64,000 bases of DNA from an uncultured Chloroflexia bacterium (GCA_963840335.1 CAWIYP010000027.1:24892-88891), one strand, 5' to 3'. Shown: positions 22,350 through 32,583, counted from the first letter of the stretch. Made by a program: numbers and translations. Notes: generated from the sequence alone by a model not told the origin.

Positions 22350-22405
22350 TACCGAAAGGTCAGCAACCGCGTCACCAGAACATAAGAGACCTGGCGACAA
22401 GCAAT

Positions 22406-22648
22406 GGTTCTACCAAAAACCGGGGGTCTGGCGGCAGGCAAGCTGGCGGCTCAAGCCGCGCCTGGAGGGCGTTCCGCCGCGAAGTCCGCCAACGCGGACT
22501 AGGAACCAGACGGCGCGAGACGATCCGTCTGCCCCTGCGTGCGAATGCTCGTCGAGACCCAGCCCGCGTCTGCGGGCTTCGCGGCCCGCGGGCCATCCAG
22601 GCGCGAATTTATTCGCCAGCTTGCCAACCCCCGGTTTTGGGTAGAACC
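22406..22648. mobile_element. MITE-like non-autonomous element (243 bp) with nested REP-like palindromes
   Basis: 21-bp TIR GGTTCTACC[A/C]AAAACCGGGGG (20/21 match) extending to ~90-bp imperfect arms; flanks ACAAGCAAT / GCAAGCAAT. Confidence 0.8.
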
Positions 22649-22665
22649 GCAAGCAATGCGCGTAG

Positions 22666-22694
22666 TTGACACCTCCTTTGACGACCACTAGACT
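22666..22694 (+). promoter_or_regulatory. Sigma70 promoter for the M24-family gene
   Basis: TTGACA, 17 bp, TAGACT. Confidence 0.65.
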
Positions 22695-22702
22695 CCTCTG
22701 CG

Positions 22703-23968
22703 ATGAGCGAGCGGTCGCTGGCCTCTCAGCGAGCGCCGAAAACACAGACGACGATAGCTCAACAAGGAGCGCTACACCTATGGCGACAACTCCGTCTGAC
22801 GAGCGAGCGACCCAACGAGGAGCCGCTCTTTCCGCGCTTTTCCGATGACGAATTCGCGCGGCGACGGGCCGCGACACGCGCGATCATGGCTGACCAGGGT
22901 ATCGAGGCGCTGCTGCTCTATGGGCTGGCGGGCCTCGACAACGAGGTGAGCTATCTCTCCAATTTTCTGGTCACCCGCGAGGCGCTGCTGCTCTTTCCGG
23001 CGAACGGCGAGCCGCTGCTCCTCGTGGAATACTTCAACCATCTCCCCGCCGCGCGGCGGGTCGTCCACCAGTGCGAGATCCGCTGGGGCGGCGACGACAT
23101 CGCCACGACGGCGGCGGAAGCGGCGCGGGCGCTCGGCCTCGCCAGCGCGCGGCTGGGCTTCGCCGGGCCACTGCCCGCGCGCCAGTACCTCACGCTCCAG
23201 CGGGCGCTGCCCCAGGCGACGCTGGTGGATTGCTCCGCCGCGCTGCGCCAGCTCCGCCTCGTGAAAAGCGACGAAGAGCTCGCGTTCTTGCGCCGTGGCG
23301 CCGCGCTCACCGACCTCGCGGCGGTCGCGCTGGAGCGTGAGGCGCGGCCCGGCATGACCGAGCACGAGCTGATCGCGCTCATCGAGAGCGCCTATGTCGC
23401 GCAGGGTGGGCAGACGGGCATCCACTATCTGGCGACGACACCGATGGCGCAGCCCGATCGCTGCGTCCCCGCGCAACGGCCCACGAACCGGCGCGTCGCG
23501 GCTGGCGACGCGCTCATCTTCGAGATCAGCGCGCAGTATCACGGCTACCCCGGCCAGCTCCTGCGCACCTTCACGCTCGCCGCCGAGCCAACGCCCGCCT
23601 ATCAGCGGATGTATGACCTGGCGGTCGAGGTCTTCGACGGCATCGCCGCCATCCTGCGCGCGGGCGCGACCAGCGACGCCGTGCTGGACGTGGCCGAGCG
23701 CATCCACACCGCTGGCTACACGATCTGCGATGACCTCCTCCACGGCCTTGGCGGCGGCTATCTGCCACCGATTCTGCGGACACGGCAGACGAGCGCGGCG
23801 CCGAGCGCGCCCTTCACCTTCGCCGAGAACATGACGGTGGTCATCCAGCCAAATGTCATCGCGCCCGACGAGCAGAGCGGCGTGCAGGTCGGCGAACTGG
23901 TGCGGGTGACGCGCGATGGCATCGAGCGGCTGCACAGCTACCCGATGCGCTTCACCCGCTGTGGGTGA
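22703..23968 (+). CDS. M24 (creatinase/Xaa-Pro) fold hydrolase 1; true start probably ATG 22780 with an early indel
   Basis: FSDDEFARRR, LRLVKSDEE, RPGMTE, HGLG; AAGGAG RBS precedes ATG 22780. Confidence 0.85.
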   Translation: MSERSLASQRAPKTQTTIAQQGALHLWRQLRLTSERPNEEPLFPRFSDDEFARRRAATRAIMADQGIEALLLYGLAGLDNEVSYLSNFLVTREALLLFPANGEPLLLVEYFNHLPAARRVVHQCEIRWGGDDIATTAAEAARALGLASARLGFAGPLPARQYLTLQRALPQATLVDCSAALRQLRLVKSDEELAFLRRGAALTDLAAVALEREARPGMTEHELIALIESAYVAQGGQTGIHYLATTPMAQPDRCVPAQRPTNRRVAAGDALIFEISAQYHGYPGQLLRTFTLAAEPTPAYQRMYDLAVEVFDGIAAILRAGATSDAVLDVAERIHTAGYTICDDLLHGLGGGYLPPILRTRQTSAAPSAPFTFAENMTVVIQPNVIAPDEQSGVQVGELVRVTRDGIERLHSYPMRFTRCG

Positions 23969-23991
23969 CAGCGCGCCTCGCCCGCCAGGGA

Positions 23992-25333
23992 CTATTCCAA
24001 CAAGGCCAATGGTTCTTCGAGCAGGTCGGCGAGCGCGCCCAGGAACTCCGCCCCACGCGCGCCATCAATGACGCGGTGGTCGCAGGAGAGGCTCAGCGCC
24101 ATCATCGGCTGCACGGCAGGCACGCCATGCAGCGGCACGACCCGCTCAACGATGCGCCCGACCGCCAGAATCGCCGCCTGGGGCAGCGGGACAATCGCAT
24201 TGAACGCATCCACGCCATACATGCCCAGGTTGCTGATCGTGAAGGTCGCGCCCGCGAGGTCATCCGACCGCTGCTTGCCCGCTTGCGCCCGCTGCACGAG
24301 CGTCTGGCGTCGCTCGGCGATCTCGGCAAGGGTGAGATGGTCAGCCTGGTGGATGACCGGAGTGACCAGCCCATAGTCGGCGGCCACGGCCAGCGCCACG
24401 TTCACGTCAGGATGCTGAATGATCGCGCCATCGCGCCACGAGGCGTTGATGCGCGGGTGCGCCCGTAGCGTATGCGCGGTCGCCATCACCAGCAGGTCGG
24501 TGTAGGTGACGTTGAGCTGGCGCTGGCGGCGAATCTGCTCGCGCCAGGTGATGAGCCGACTCGCGTTGATCTCGCGCATCAGGAAGAAGTGCGGCGCCTG
24601 CTGCCAGCTCTGCGTCGTGCGCTCGGCCATGATCCGCCAGATGGGATGCAGCGCGGACGCGGGCTGACGCGGGCGCGGAGGCGCGGGCGGTCGCGGCGCC
24701 GGAGCGCGCGACGAAGGCCAGCACGTCGCCCGTGACGACCGCGCCACCGGATGCGCTGCCCGCCACATAGCGCCAACTCCACCCCCTGCTCACGCGCCAG
24801 CCGCCGCGCCTTCGGTGAGGCGGGCAGCAGACGCGCGCCAGGAGGCCACTGGGAGCCGCTGGCTGCTGCGCGTCGCGCGCATCGAGGAACGCGATGACAT
24901 CGGCCTTGCGCGCACGGCGACCATTCGTCGGGATGCTCTCAGGGGGACGCCACGCTCCTCAGCGATGCGGCGGGCGAGCGGACTGATGGCCCCGCCAGCG
25001 CCATTCGCGGGAACGGTGATGATGGGCGGCGTGGGCGCGGCGACGATCATCGGCGTCGGCGCGGAGCCGTGCGCCGGAGCGGGCGGCTGACTCGCCTGGC
25101 GCCAGAATCATGGCGATGACCTGCCCGACTGGCACATCATCGCCCTCGCGCGCCAGCAGGCCGGAGAGCGTGCCGCTCGCGCGCGCCTGTAGCTCCTCGG
25201 TCGCCTTGTCGGTCTGGATCTCGGCGATTGGCTCGCCTTCTTGTACGGCGTCGCCTTCACCTTTGAGCCAGCGCACCAGCATGCCCGTCTCCTGGGCCAT
25301 ACCCAGGGCTGGCATGAACACCTTTGTAGCCAT
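23992..25333 (-). CDS. Dihydrolipoamide acyltransferase E2 (AcoC-like); several indels
   Basis: Lipoyl domain EIQTDKAT, E3-binding ISPLARRIAEE, TFTISNLGM and DHRVIDGA. Confidence 0.9.
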
Positions 25334-25355
25334 CGAAAACTGTCTTCCTCAGGGG

Positions 25356-26705
25356 CTAGCTCTGCCCATTCGACGAATGCGCGCTGCCCGTCAGCTTATA
25401 TTCACGGGTTCCGGCAGCCGTGTTGAGATGCGACTGACTGTCGCGGGTCGTCGTGAGCGGGCCGGTCGCGGTGTAGTAGCGGACACCCGCCACCATCAAC
25501 TCCTCGGCGGGGAAGCGGGTGATGACCTCGCAGCCCGTCTCGGTCACGATCAACTGCTCCTCGATGCGCGCGGCGGACCAGCCATCCGACGCCGGCCAGA
25601 AGGTTTCGAGCGCGAAGACCATGCCCTTCTCGATCACCTCAGGATGGTCGAGCGAGACGAGGCGGCTGAAGATCGGCTTCTCCCAGATGGAGAGGCCAAC
25701 GCCGTGGCCATATTGCAGCGCGAAGGCCGCCTCTTCGTCGGTGAAGCCGAACTCCTCCGCCTTCGGGAAGCTGGCGACGACATCGCCTGTGGTCACGCCG
25801 GGGCGAATCATCGCGATGGCCGTATCGAGAATCTCGCGGCATTTCTTGTAGGCTTCCACCTGCGCATACGAGGCGCTGCCAATGGCGAAGGTGCGATAGT
25901 AGCAGGTGCGGTAGCCGTTGTAGCTGTGCAGGATGTCGAAGTAGGCGGGGTCGCCGGGACGCAGCGCGCGGTCGCTGAAGACGTGCGGGTGGGGGCTGCA
26001 GCGCTCGCCAGAGATGGCGTTGACGCCCTCGACATGCTCCGAACCGAGGTCATAGAGCGTCTTGCTGACGAGGCCGACGCACTCGTTCTCTTTCACGCCG
26101 GGGCGCATGAAGCGATACAGCTCGTCATAGGCCGCGTCCACCATCATGCAGGCGGTGTTGAGCAGGGTCATCTCATCCACCGTCTTGATGATGCGGGCGC
26201 GCTGCATGAGCTGCTGCCCATCAACGACCGTGATGCCCTCTTTCTGCAGCGCGAAGAGCACTGGCAGCTCGATCACGTCCACGCCGAGCGGTGAGCCGAG
26301 CAGGCCGCGCTCCTCCAGCTCGATGCGAATCTTGCGCGCCACATTCTCGGCGCGGCCCGCCTCGGGGGCCATCGCGCCGCGCTGCGTCGAGATGCCCGCG
26401 CGCGAGCGCTCGCCCAGCCAGGGGGAGTAGAGCTGGTGGTGGCGCGCGGCGGAGCCGAAGTCCCAGAGGATCGGCTCATCGTTCTGCGGCAGCAGCGAGA
26501 AACGCGCGACCTTATCCATCGCCCAGGTGCCGATGTGCGTCGCGGTGATGTAGCGAATGTTGCTCATGTCGAAGCAGAGCAGCGCGCCTATCTCCGACTC
26601 AGCCAGCAACGCCTTGATGCGATCCAGCCGCTGGGTGCGCAGGCGGTCGTAATTTACCCGCTCTTCCCAGTCGACGCCCATCGTGCCGTATGTCTTGGTA
26701 CCCAT
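25356..26705 (-). CDS. M24 (creatinase/Xaa-Pro) fold hydrolase 2
   Basis: ARIIKTVDE, RPGVKENE, HGVG, FALET, ARIEE. Confidence 0.9.
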   Translation of the reverse strand: MGTKTYGTMGVDWEERVNYDRLRTQRLDRIKALLAESEIGALLCFDMSNIRYITATHIGTWAMDKVARFSLLPQNDEPILWDFGSAARHHQLYSPWLGERSRAGISTQRGAMAPEAGRAENVARKIRIELEERGLLGSPLGVDVIELPVLFALQKEGITVVDGQQLMQRARIIKTVDEMTLLNTACMMVDAAYDELYRFMRPGVKENECVGLVSKTLYDLGSEHVEGVNAISGERCSPHPHVFSDRALRPGDPAYFDILHSYNGYRTCYYRTFAIGSASYAQVEAYKKCREILDTAIAMIRPGVTTGDVVASFPKAEEFGFTDEEAAFALQYGHGVGLSIWEKPIFSRLVSLDHPEVIEKGMVFALETFWPASDGWSAARIEEQLIVTETGCEVITRFPAEELMVAGVRYYTATGPLTTTRDSQSHLNTAAGTREYKLTGSAHSSNGQS

Positions 26706-26791
26706 GTGATGATGCTCCTTTGCCGCGCTTGCGCGTGGCCCACGGCGCCGCTGTCGTGACGCCGTGGCGCAGTGATGGGATGGGCGGGCGC

Positions 26792-27820
26792 CTATGCGCG
26801 ACCGCAGAGTGTCTTGGCCAGCTCCGTCACCTTCTCCGGCGTGGGGACGGTGAGGTCTTCGAGCGCGGGCGAGAACGGAATCGGCACGTCCATCGCGCCC
26901 ATACGCTTCACCGGCGCATCGAGATAGTAGAACGCGCCGTCGCTGATGACCGAGGCGAACTCCGCCGTGACGCCGTAGCGCTCGTAGCCTTCGTCCAGCA
27001 CGATGGCGCGGCTCGTCTTGATCGCGGACTGGATCATCGCGTCTTTGTCGAGCGGGAAGGTCGTGCGCGGGTCGATCACCTCGGCGCTGATGCCGAGGCT
27101 CTGGAGCTGCTCGGCGGCGGCCAGCGCGACCTGCACCATGCTGCTGGTGGCGACGATGGTGATGTCCTCGCCGACGCGCTTGATGTCGGCGACGCCGAAG
27201 GGAATCGTGTACTCCTCCTCAGGGACAGGCCCCTTGAGGGTGTACATCATCTTGTCCTCGAAGATCACCACCGGGTTGTCGTCGCGGATGGCCGTCTTGA
27301 GCAGGCCCTTGGCGTCGTAGGGCGTGGAGGGCAAGGCGACCTTCAGGCCGGGAATGTGGCTGACCCAGGCGTGGAGGCTCTGGCTGTGCTGCGCGGCGCT
27401 GCGGCGGGTGGCGCCCAGCGTCGTGCGGATGACCATTGGAACCTTCAGCTTGCCGCCGGACATGTAGTGAACCTTCGCCGCCTGATTGGCGATCTGATCC
27501 ATGACGATGCCCAGGAAGTCGCCGAACATGATGTCCACGACGGGACGCATGCCCGTCATGGCCGCGCCAACGCCGATGCCCGTGATGCCCGCCTCAGAGA
27601 TCGGCGAGTCAATGATGCGGGTCTTGCCGAACTCCTCGACGAGGCCGCTGAGCACCTTGAAGGGAGTGCCAGCCTCGGCGACATCTTCGCCGATGACGAA
27701 GACGGAGGGGTCGCGGCGCAGCTCCTCGGCCAGCGCCTCGCGGATCGCCTGGCTGAGCGTGATCTCGCGGGTGGCCTTCGCGCCAGTGCTTCCGGCGGGG
27801 GCAAGGCTAGACGTAGACAT
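26792..27820 (-). CDS. TPP-dependent dehydrogenase E1 beta (AcoB-like)
   Basis: GEDVAEAG, DSPISEAG, AAQHSQS, DAPVKR. Confidence 0.93.
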   Translation of the reverse strand: MSTSSLAPAGSTGAKATREITLSQAIREALAEELRRDPSVFVIGEDVAEAGTPFKVLSGLVEEFGKTRIIDSPISEAGITGIGVGAAMTGMRPVVDIMFGDFLGIVMDQIANQAAKVHYMSGGKLKVPMVIRTTLGATRRSAAQHSQSLHAWVSHIPGLKVALPSTPYDAKGLLKTAIRDDNPVVIFEDKMMYTLKGPVPEEEYTIPFGVADIKRVGEDITIVATSSMVQVALAAAEQLQSLGISAEVIDPRTTFPLDKDAMIQSAIKTSRAIVLDEGYERYGVTAEFASVISDGAFYYLDAPVKRMGAMDVPIPFSPALEDLTVPTPEKVTELAKTLCGRA

Positions 27821-28820
27821 CTTCAGTGACCTCCGACGGATCAGGATAGGGAGCGTCGAGCGCGAAGTCCACGCCCGCCAGCACCTCGGCGTCAACTTCA
27901 GCGCGGATGGCCTCAAGCTCATCGTGGGTGGCCACGCCCTCGGCTTCGAGCCAGGCGGTCATCAGCTTGATGGGGTCGCGGTCGTTGCGCCAGTGCTCTT
28001 CTTCCTCGCGCGGGCGATAGTAGGCGCGCTGGATGTCGCCGACGTGGTGGCCATAGTAGCGGTAGGTGTCGGCGAGCAGGAAGGTCGGCCCCTCGCCAGC
28101 GCGGGCGCGCTTGACGGCCTGCTCCGCCGCATCGTAGACCGCGCGGATGTCCTGGCCGTCCACATGCGCCACGGGGATGCCGAAGGCGGCGGCGCGGGCG
28201 CCCATGTCGCCAGCGTGGGTCTCGGTGTAGTGGGTGTACTCGCCGTAGAGGTTGTTTTCGCAGACGTAGATGATGGGCAGCTTCCAGAGCGAGGCCATGT
28301 TCATCACTTCGTAGAGCAATCCCTGGCCGAGCGCGCCATCGCCGAAGAAGCAGACCGCCACGCGGTCGAGGCCCTTCGCCTTGTTGGTGAACGCGGCGCC
28401 CGTGGCGATGCCCGCGCTGCCGCCGACGATGGCGTTGGCGCCGAGGTTGCCAGTGTTCTGGTCGGCGATGTGCATGCTGCCGCCCTTGCCGTGGCAGTAG
28501 CCCGCCTCTTTGCCCAGCAGCTCCGCGTACATCAGGTCAATCGCGGCGCCCTTGGCGATGCAGTGGCCGTGGCCACGGTGCGTGCTGGTGATGTAGTCAT
28601 CCTGCCGCAGCGCGCCGCAGACGCCGACGGCGACCGCTTCCTCACCGCTGTAGAGGTGGGCCAGCCCGGGCATGCGCGCGGACATATACAGTTCGTTTAC
28701 CTGTTCTTCAAAGAGGCGGATGCGCTGCATCTGTCGGTACAGATACAGCCAGCGCTCTCGCGTCATCGCGGGGTCGGTCTGGCCCGGCGATGACGCCTGC
28801 GTGACATCAGTCTGCGTCAT
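27807..28820 (-). CDS. TPP-dependent dehydrogenase E1 alpha (AcoA-like)
   Basis: HLYSGEEA, THRGHGH, GKGGSMH, GDGA...ENN, TYRYYGH. Confidence 0.93.
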   Translation of the reverse strand: MTQTDVTQASSPGQTDPAMTRERWLYLYRQMQRIRLFEEQVNELYMSARMPGLAHLYSGEEAVAVGVCGALRQDDYITSTHRGHGHCIAKGAAIDLMYAELLGKEAGYCHGKGGSMHIADQNTGNLGANAIVGGSAGIATGAAFTNKAKGLDRVAVCFFGDGALGQGLLYEVMNMASLWKLPIIYVCENNLYGEYTHYTETHAGDMGARAAAFGIPVAHVDGQDIRAVYDAAEQAVKRARAGEGPTFLLADTYRYYGHHVGDIQRAYYRPREEEEHWRNDRDPIKLMTAWLEAEGVATHDELEAIRAEVDAEVLAGVDFALDAPYPDPSEVTEDVYV

Positions 28821-28906
28821 CGCGCATACCTCCAAATCACTTCTGTCGTATCAGGAACGCGACCACCAATGGTCGCGCGTCGCCAGCATGCATGAATAGG
28901 ATCGGA

Positions 28907-29611
28907 TTATTCCTGGTCTGATTCGGCTATGGCCACATCCACGCTGACCTGCGTGAGGTGCGCGCGCATGGCCGTGCGGGCCTGCTCCACATCGCGCCGC
29001 TCAATCGCTTCGAGCAGCGTCTTGTGATAGACCTGGCCGCGCTCCGGGCCACCCGGCACGGTGAAGATGAGCGAGCGCTGCTCGGCGAGCAGGCCGACGA
29101 TGGAATCAATCAGCGAGACGATCAGCGGATTGCGCGTGGCGAGGGCGAGTGTGCGGTGGAAGCGGTTATCCGCCGCGATGTAGTCCGTGGCCTGCTGGAG
29201 CGAGCGCTCCATCGTCTCCACGGCCTCGCGCAGCGCGGCGATCTGCTCGGCGCTGGCGCGTTCGGCGGCCAGCGCGGCGATCTCCGGCTCGATGATCGCC
29301 CGCAGCTCGACCAGCGCATCGGGGCTGCTCAGCACGCCGACGCGCATCATCAGGCCGAGCGAGGAGCGCATCGCGTCGGAGGTGTTGTCGGTGACGATCG
29401 TGCCGCGCCCTGGCCGCATATCCACGAGTCCCATCTGCGCCAGCGTCTTGAGCGCCTCGCGTACCGCCGTCCGGCTCGCCCCGAACGACGCCGCCAGCTC
29501 GCGCTCCGGCAGCAGGCGGTCGCCCGCGCGCAGTTCCCCACGCACGATCCGCCCCTGTATCTGCTCGACGATCTGCTCGTAGAGCTTGCTCCGCTCGACG
29601 GGTGTATACAT
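28907..29611 (-). CDS. GntR/FadR family regulator with FCD domain
   Basis: GDRLLPERELA...SRTAVREAL; NRFH...NP...H FCD motifs. Confidence 0.95.
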   Translation of the reverse strand: MYTPVERSKLYEQIVEQIQGRIVRGELRAGDRLLPERELAASFGASRTAVREALKTLAQMGLVDMRPGRGTIVTDNTSDAMRSSLGLMMRVGVLSSPDALVELRAIIEPEIAALAAERASAEQIAALREAVETMERSLQQATDYIAADNRFHRTLALATRNPLIVSLIDSIVGLLAEQRSLIFTVPGGPERGQVYHKTLLEAIERRDVEQARTAMRAHLTQVSVDVAIAESDQE

Positions 29612-29656
29612 CTGCGCCTCTTCGCTGACGCGCGCCTCAACCAGCTCTAGTCAATA

Positions 29657-29674
29657 GGTATGATGGTCATACCA
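29657..29674. promoter_or_regulatory. Putative FadR-type operator upstream of gntR-acoAB-M24-acoC
   Basis: GGTATGA-TGG-TCATACC inverted repeat overlapping TGGTCATACCA. Confidence 0.6.
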
Positions 29675-29719
29675 ATTGCCCTGATGTGAAGTATACGGAT
29701 GCCGGACGGTTGTCAAGCA

Positions 29720-31894
29720 TCAATCAGCGCGGTCAGCCGAACCCGCCGCCAGCGCCTCCTTCACGCGCGTTGGGGTGAAAGGAACCTGCCGCAGACGGAC
29801 GCCCGTCGCGGCGGCGATGGCGTTGGCGATGGCGGGCGCGATGACGACGGTGGCAGGCTCGCCCGCGCCCACTGGCGGCTCATCGGGTCGATCGATCAGA
29901 ATGACCTCGATCTCAGGGATTTCCGAGAACTTCAGGATGGGGTACGTCTCCCAGTCGCGGCTGAGGACGCGCGTGGTATCGAAGCGCACCTCCTCTTTGA
30001 GCGCGCGGCTGGCCCCCTGGATGATGTTGCCCTCGATCTGGTTGCGCACACCGTCGGGATTGATGATCAGGCCGCAGTCATGCGCGACGGTGACGTGGCG
30101 CAGGCGGGTCGCGCCGCTCGCGGGATCGACGGCGACCTCAGCGACGACGGCGACATACGCCTCGTCGTTTTCGTAGCGCGCGAAGGCGATGCCACGCCCC
30201 ACCCGCTCGCCCGCGGCGCCTGGCTCCGGCGGCTCGTCCCAGTGGGCGGCGCTGGCGACGGCCTCGACCACGGCGCGGGCGCGCGCATCCTCCAGGTGGC
30301 GCAGGCGGAAGGCGACGGGATCAGTCTCCGCCGCCAGCGCCAGCTCATCCATCAGCGACTCGTTGGCGAAGGTGTTGGCGGTCGCGCCGAGGCTGCGCAT
30401 CGAGGAGACACGCAGCGGCGCGCGGGCCAGCGCGTGGACGGTGACGCGGGTGTTGGCGATGGCGTAGTTCGTGGGCGCGTTGCGCTCGCCGCCGAGGGAG
30501 AAGCGGCTTCGGCGCGGGCCGCTCGCCGCGTGTAAGCTGCCCGGCGAGCAGGTCAATCGCGCGGCGCGGGCGGTTGGCGTGCGACGGCGACCAGACATCG
30601 TACTCCCAGGCGATGACGCGCCCCTCGCCATCGAGTCCGGCGCGCGTCTCCATCACCATCGCGGGCGACTTCGGCTCCCAGACGAACTCATCCTCGCGCG
30701 ACCACTGCACGCGCACGGGGCGCCTGGTCGCGCGGGCCAGCAGGGCGGCGTCGGCGGCGGCGTCATCCCCGCCATTGTGGCCGTAGCAGCCCGCGCCCTC
30801 CTGGAAGATCACGCGCACCGCTCTTTGGGTAGCTCCAGCAGGTCGGCCAGCGCGCCACGCAGCGCAAAGACGCCCTGCGAGGTCGCCCAGACCGTCAACG
30901 CGCCGTCCTCCTCGAAGCGCGCCACGGCGCAGGACGGGCCCATCGAGGCGTGCGCCTGGAACGGCTGGTAGTAGCGCGCGGAGATGACCCTGGCCGCGCC
31001 CGCCAGCGCCGTCGCCGTCGCGCCGCGCTCCTGCGCCACCTGATCGGTCGTCGGCTGCTGACGAATGTTCGTGTAGAGGTCGTCGTAGGCGGGGAGGGTC
31101 GGCGTCTCGTCCCACTCGCAGCGCAGCAGCCCCGCCGCGCGCACGGCCTGCTCCTCGCGCTCGGCCACCACGGCGACGAAATCACCGATGTGGATAGCCC
31201 GCGCGCTGGGGATCGCGGCGAGCGGGGCATCGTCGAGGGCGCGCAGGGTGGCGCCGGGGCTGGGCGGGCGCACGACGCGGGCATGCAGCATGCCGGGCAG
31301 GCGCACATCGTGGACGAAGCTGGCGGCGCCGAAGAACTTCTCGGCGAGGTCGAGGCGCGGCGCAGCGGCGCCGATGGCCGCGTAGTCGCTGGTAGACTTG
31401 AGGGGCGCCTGGCCCGTCACCACGCGCTCGCCGAAACCGCCGCCGCCCAGCAGATCGCCATAGCTGACACGGCGCTGGGGATCATCGCGGCGCGCGACGG
31501 CGCCATCCGTCGTGAGCAGGTCGGCGGGGGCGGCGTCGAGACGCTCCGCCGCGAGCGCGAGCAGCGCCTGCCGCGCCTCCGCCGCCGCGACGCGCGCGGC
31601 GCCCCAGAACGTCTGGATGCTCTTGCTGCCAGCGGTGTAGCCTTCGTTGGGGCTGCGGTCGGTGTCGCCCATGACGATCCGCACGCTGACGAGGGGGACA
31701 TCCAGCTCGTCGGCGATGACCTGGGCGAGGGCGGTGCGGATGCCGGTGCCAAGCTCCACCTTGCCGCTGAAGACCGTCACGACGCCATCGGGCGCGATGG
31801 CCAGCCAGTCGTCGAGGCGGGTGGTGGACATCGGCTGGAGGGGGGAATGGTTCTCGCCAGTGACTTCGGCGTTGCGCCAGGCGGGAGTGGACAT
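29720..31894 (-). CDS. Molybdopterin hydroxylase large subunit (NicB/IorB-like); several indels
   Basis: SGKVELGTG, TAGSKS, QAHASMGPSC, GAGCYGHNG, RPVRVQWSRE, ANESLMDELA, NQIEG, GAGEP. Confidence 0.9.
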
Positions 31895-32372
31895 CAGGCT
31901 TCCTCCTCTCCCAGAGCAGCGCCGCCGCCCGCTTGACCGCGCGGAGAATGCGCTGGTGCGAGCCGCAGCGGCAGAGGTTGTCGTCGAGCGCCTCGCGGAT
32001 CTGCTCATCGGTGGGATGCGGCGTGCGCCAGATGAGCGCGGCGGCGGTGATCATCATGCCATTGGAGCAGTAGCCGCACTGCGCCGCCTGTTCTATAAGG
32101 AACGCCTGTTGCACGGGATGCGGCTCGTCGGGCGTGCCCAGGCCCTCCAGCGTGGTGATCTGCGCGCCGACGGCCTCGCCGACGGGCAGACGGCAGCTCG
32201 CCACCGCCTCGGCCCCGCGCAGCACCTTGCACGCGCCGCACTGCTCCAGCCCGCAGCCGAAGAGCGGGCCGTTCAGCCCCAGCTCATCGCGCAGGACGTA
32301 GAGCAGCGGCGTTTCGGCGGGCGCCTGCGTCTCGTACGGCTTCCCGTTCACGGTGATGACCAGCCCAGCCAT
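31894..32372 (-). CDS. (2Fe-2S) small subunit of the Mo-hydroxylase (NicA/IorA-like); indel near the C-terminus
   Basis: GCGLEQCGAC, QCGYC, NLCRC; likely TGATG coupling to the large subunit. Confidence 0.92.
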
Positions 32373-32420
32373 CGGCATTCCTCCTGATACGACCCGCGCG
32401 ACGACCTTACGACATAGACA

Positions 32421-32449
32421 AGTGTAGCGACTGCGCAATCGTTTGTCCA
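32421..32449 (-). promoter_or_regulatory. Promoter of the Mo-hydroxylase operon overlapped by a LacI-type operator
   Basis: Minus strand TGGACA, 17 bp, TACACT; TGCGCAATCGTTTG at 32432-32445 is identical to 22281-22294. Confidence 0.72.
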
Positions 32450-32462
32450 TAGGGTAGCGCGC

Positions 32463-32583
32463 GTCGCGGCCATGAATGGCCGGCGCACGGTGGGATGGGC
32501 ATAAATGCCCTGCGCGCTGCATTCGGCGGTGTCGTCGGACTTCAGTCCGCGTCCGCGTGCGCCGGCCTTTTCAAGGCCGCGAC
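32463..32583. repeat. REP/REPIN-like palindromic element, copy A
   Basis: Inverted arms GTCGCGGCC-n-GGCCGGCGCACG with internal GGACTTCAGTCC and GGGCATAAATGCCC hairpins. Confidence 0.75.

Noticed and set aside
31482-31890. Long C-terminal extension of the 2Fe-2S subunit
   Set aside because: Arg/Pro-rich out-of-frame read-through over the large subunit; TGATG at 31892-31896 marks the likely junction.
21104-32372. Calling the cluster a nicotine degradation pathway
   Set aside because: There is no 6-hydroxynicotine oxidase, FAD medium subunit or dihydroxypyridine hydroxylase; family resemblance alone does not fix the substrate.
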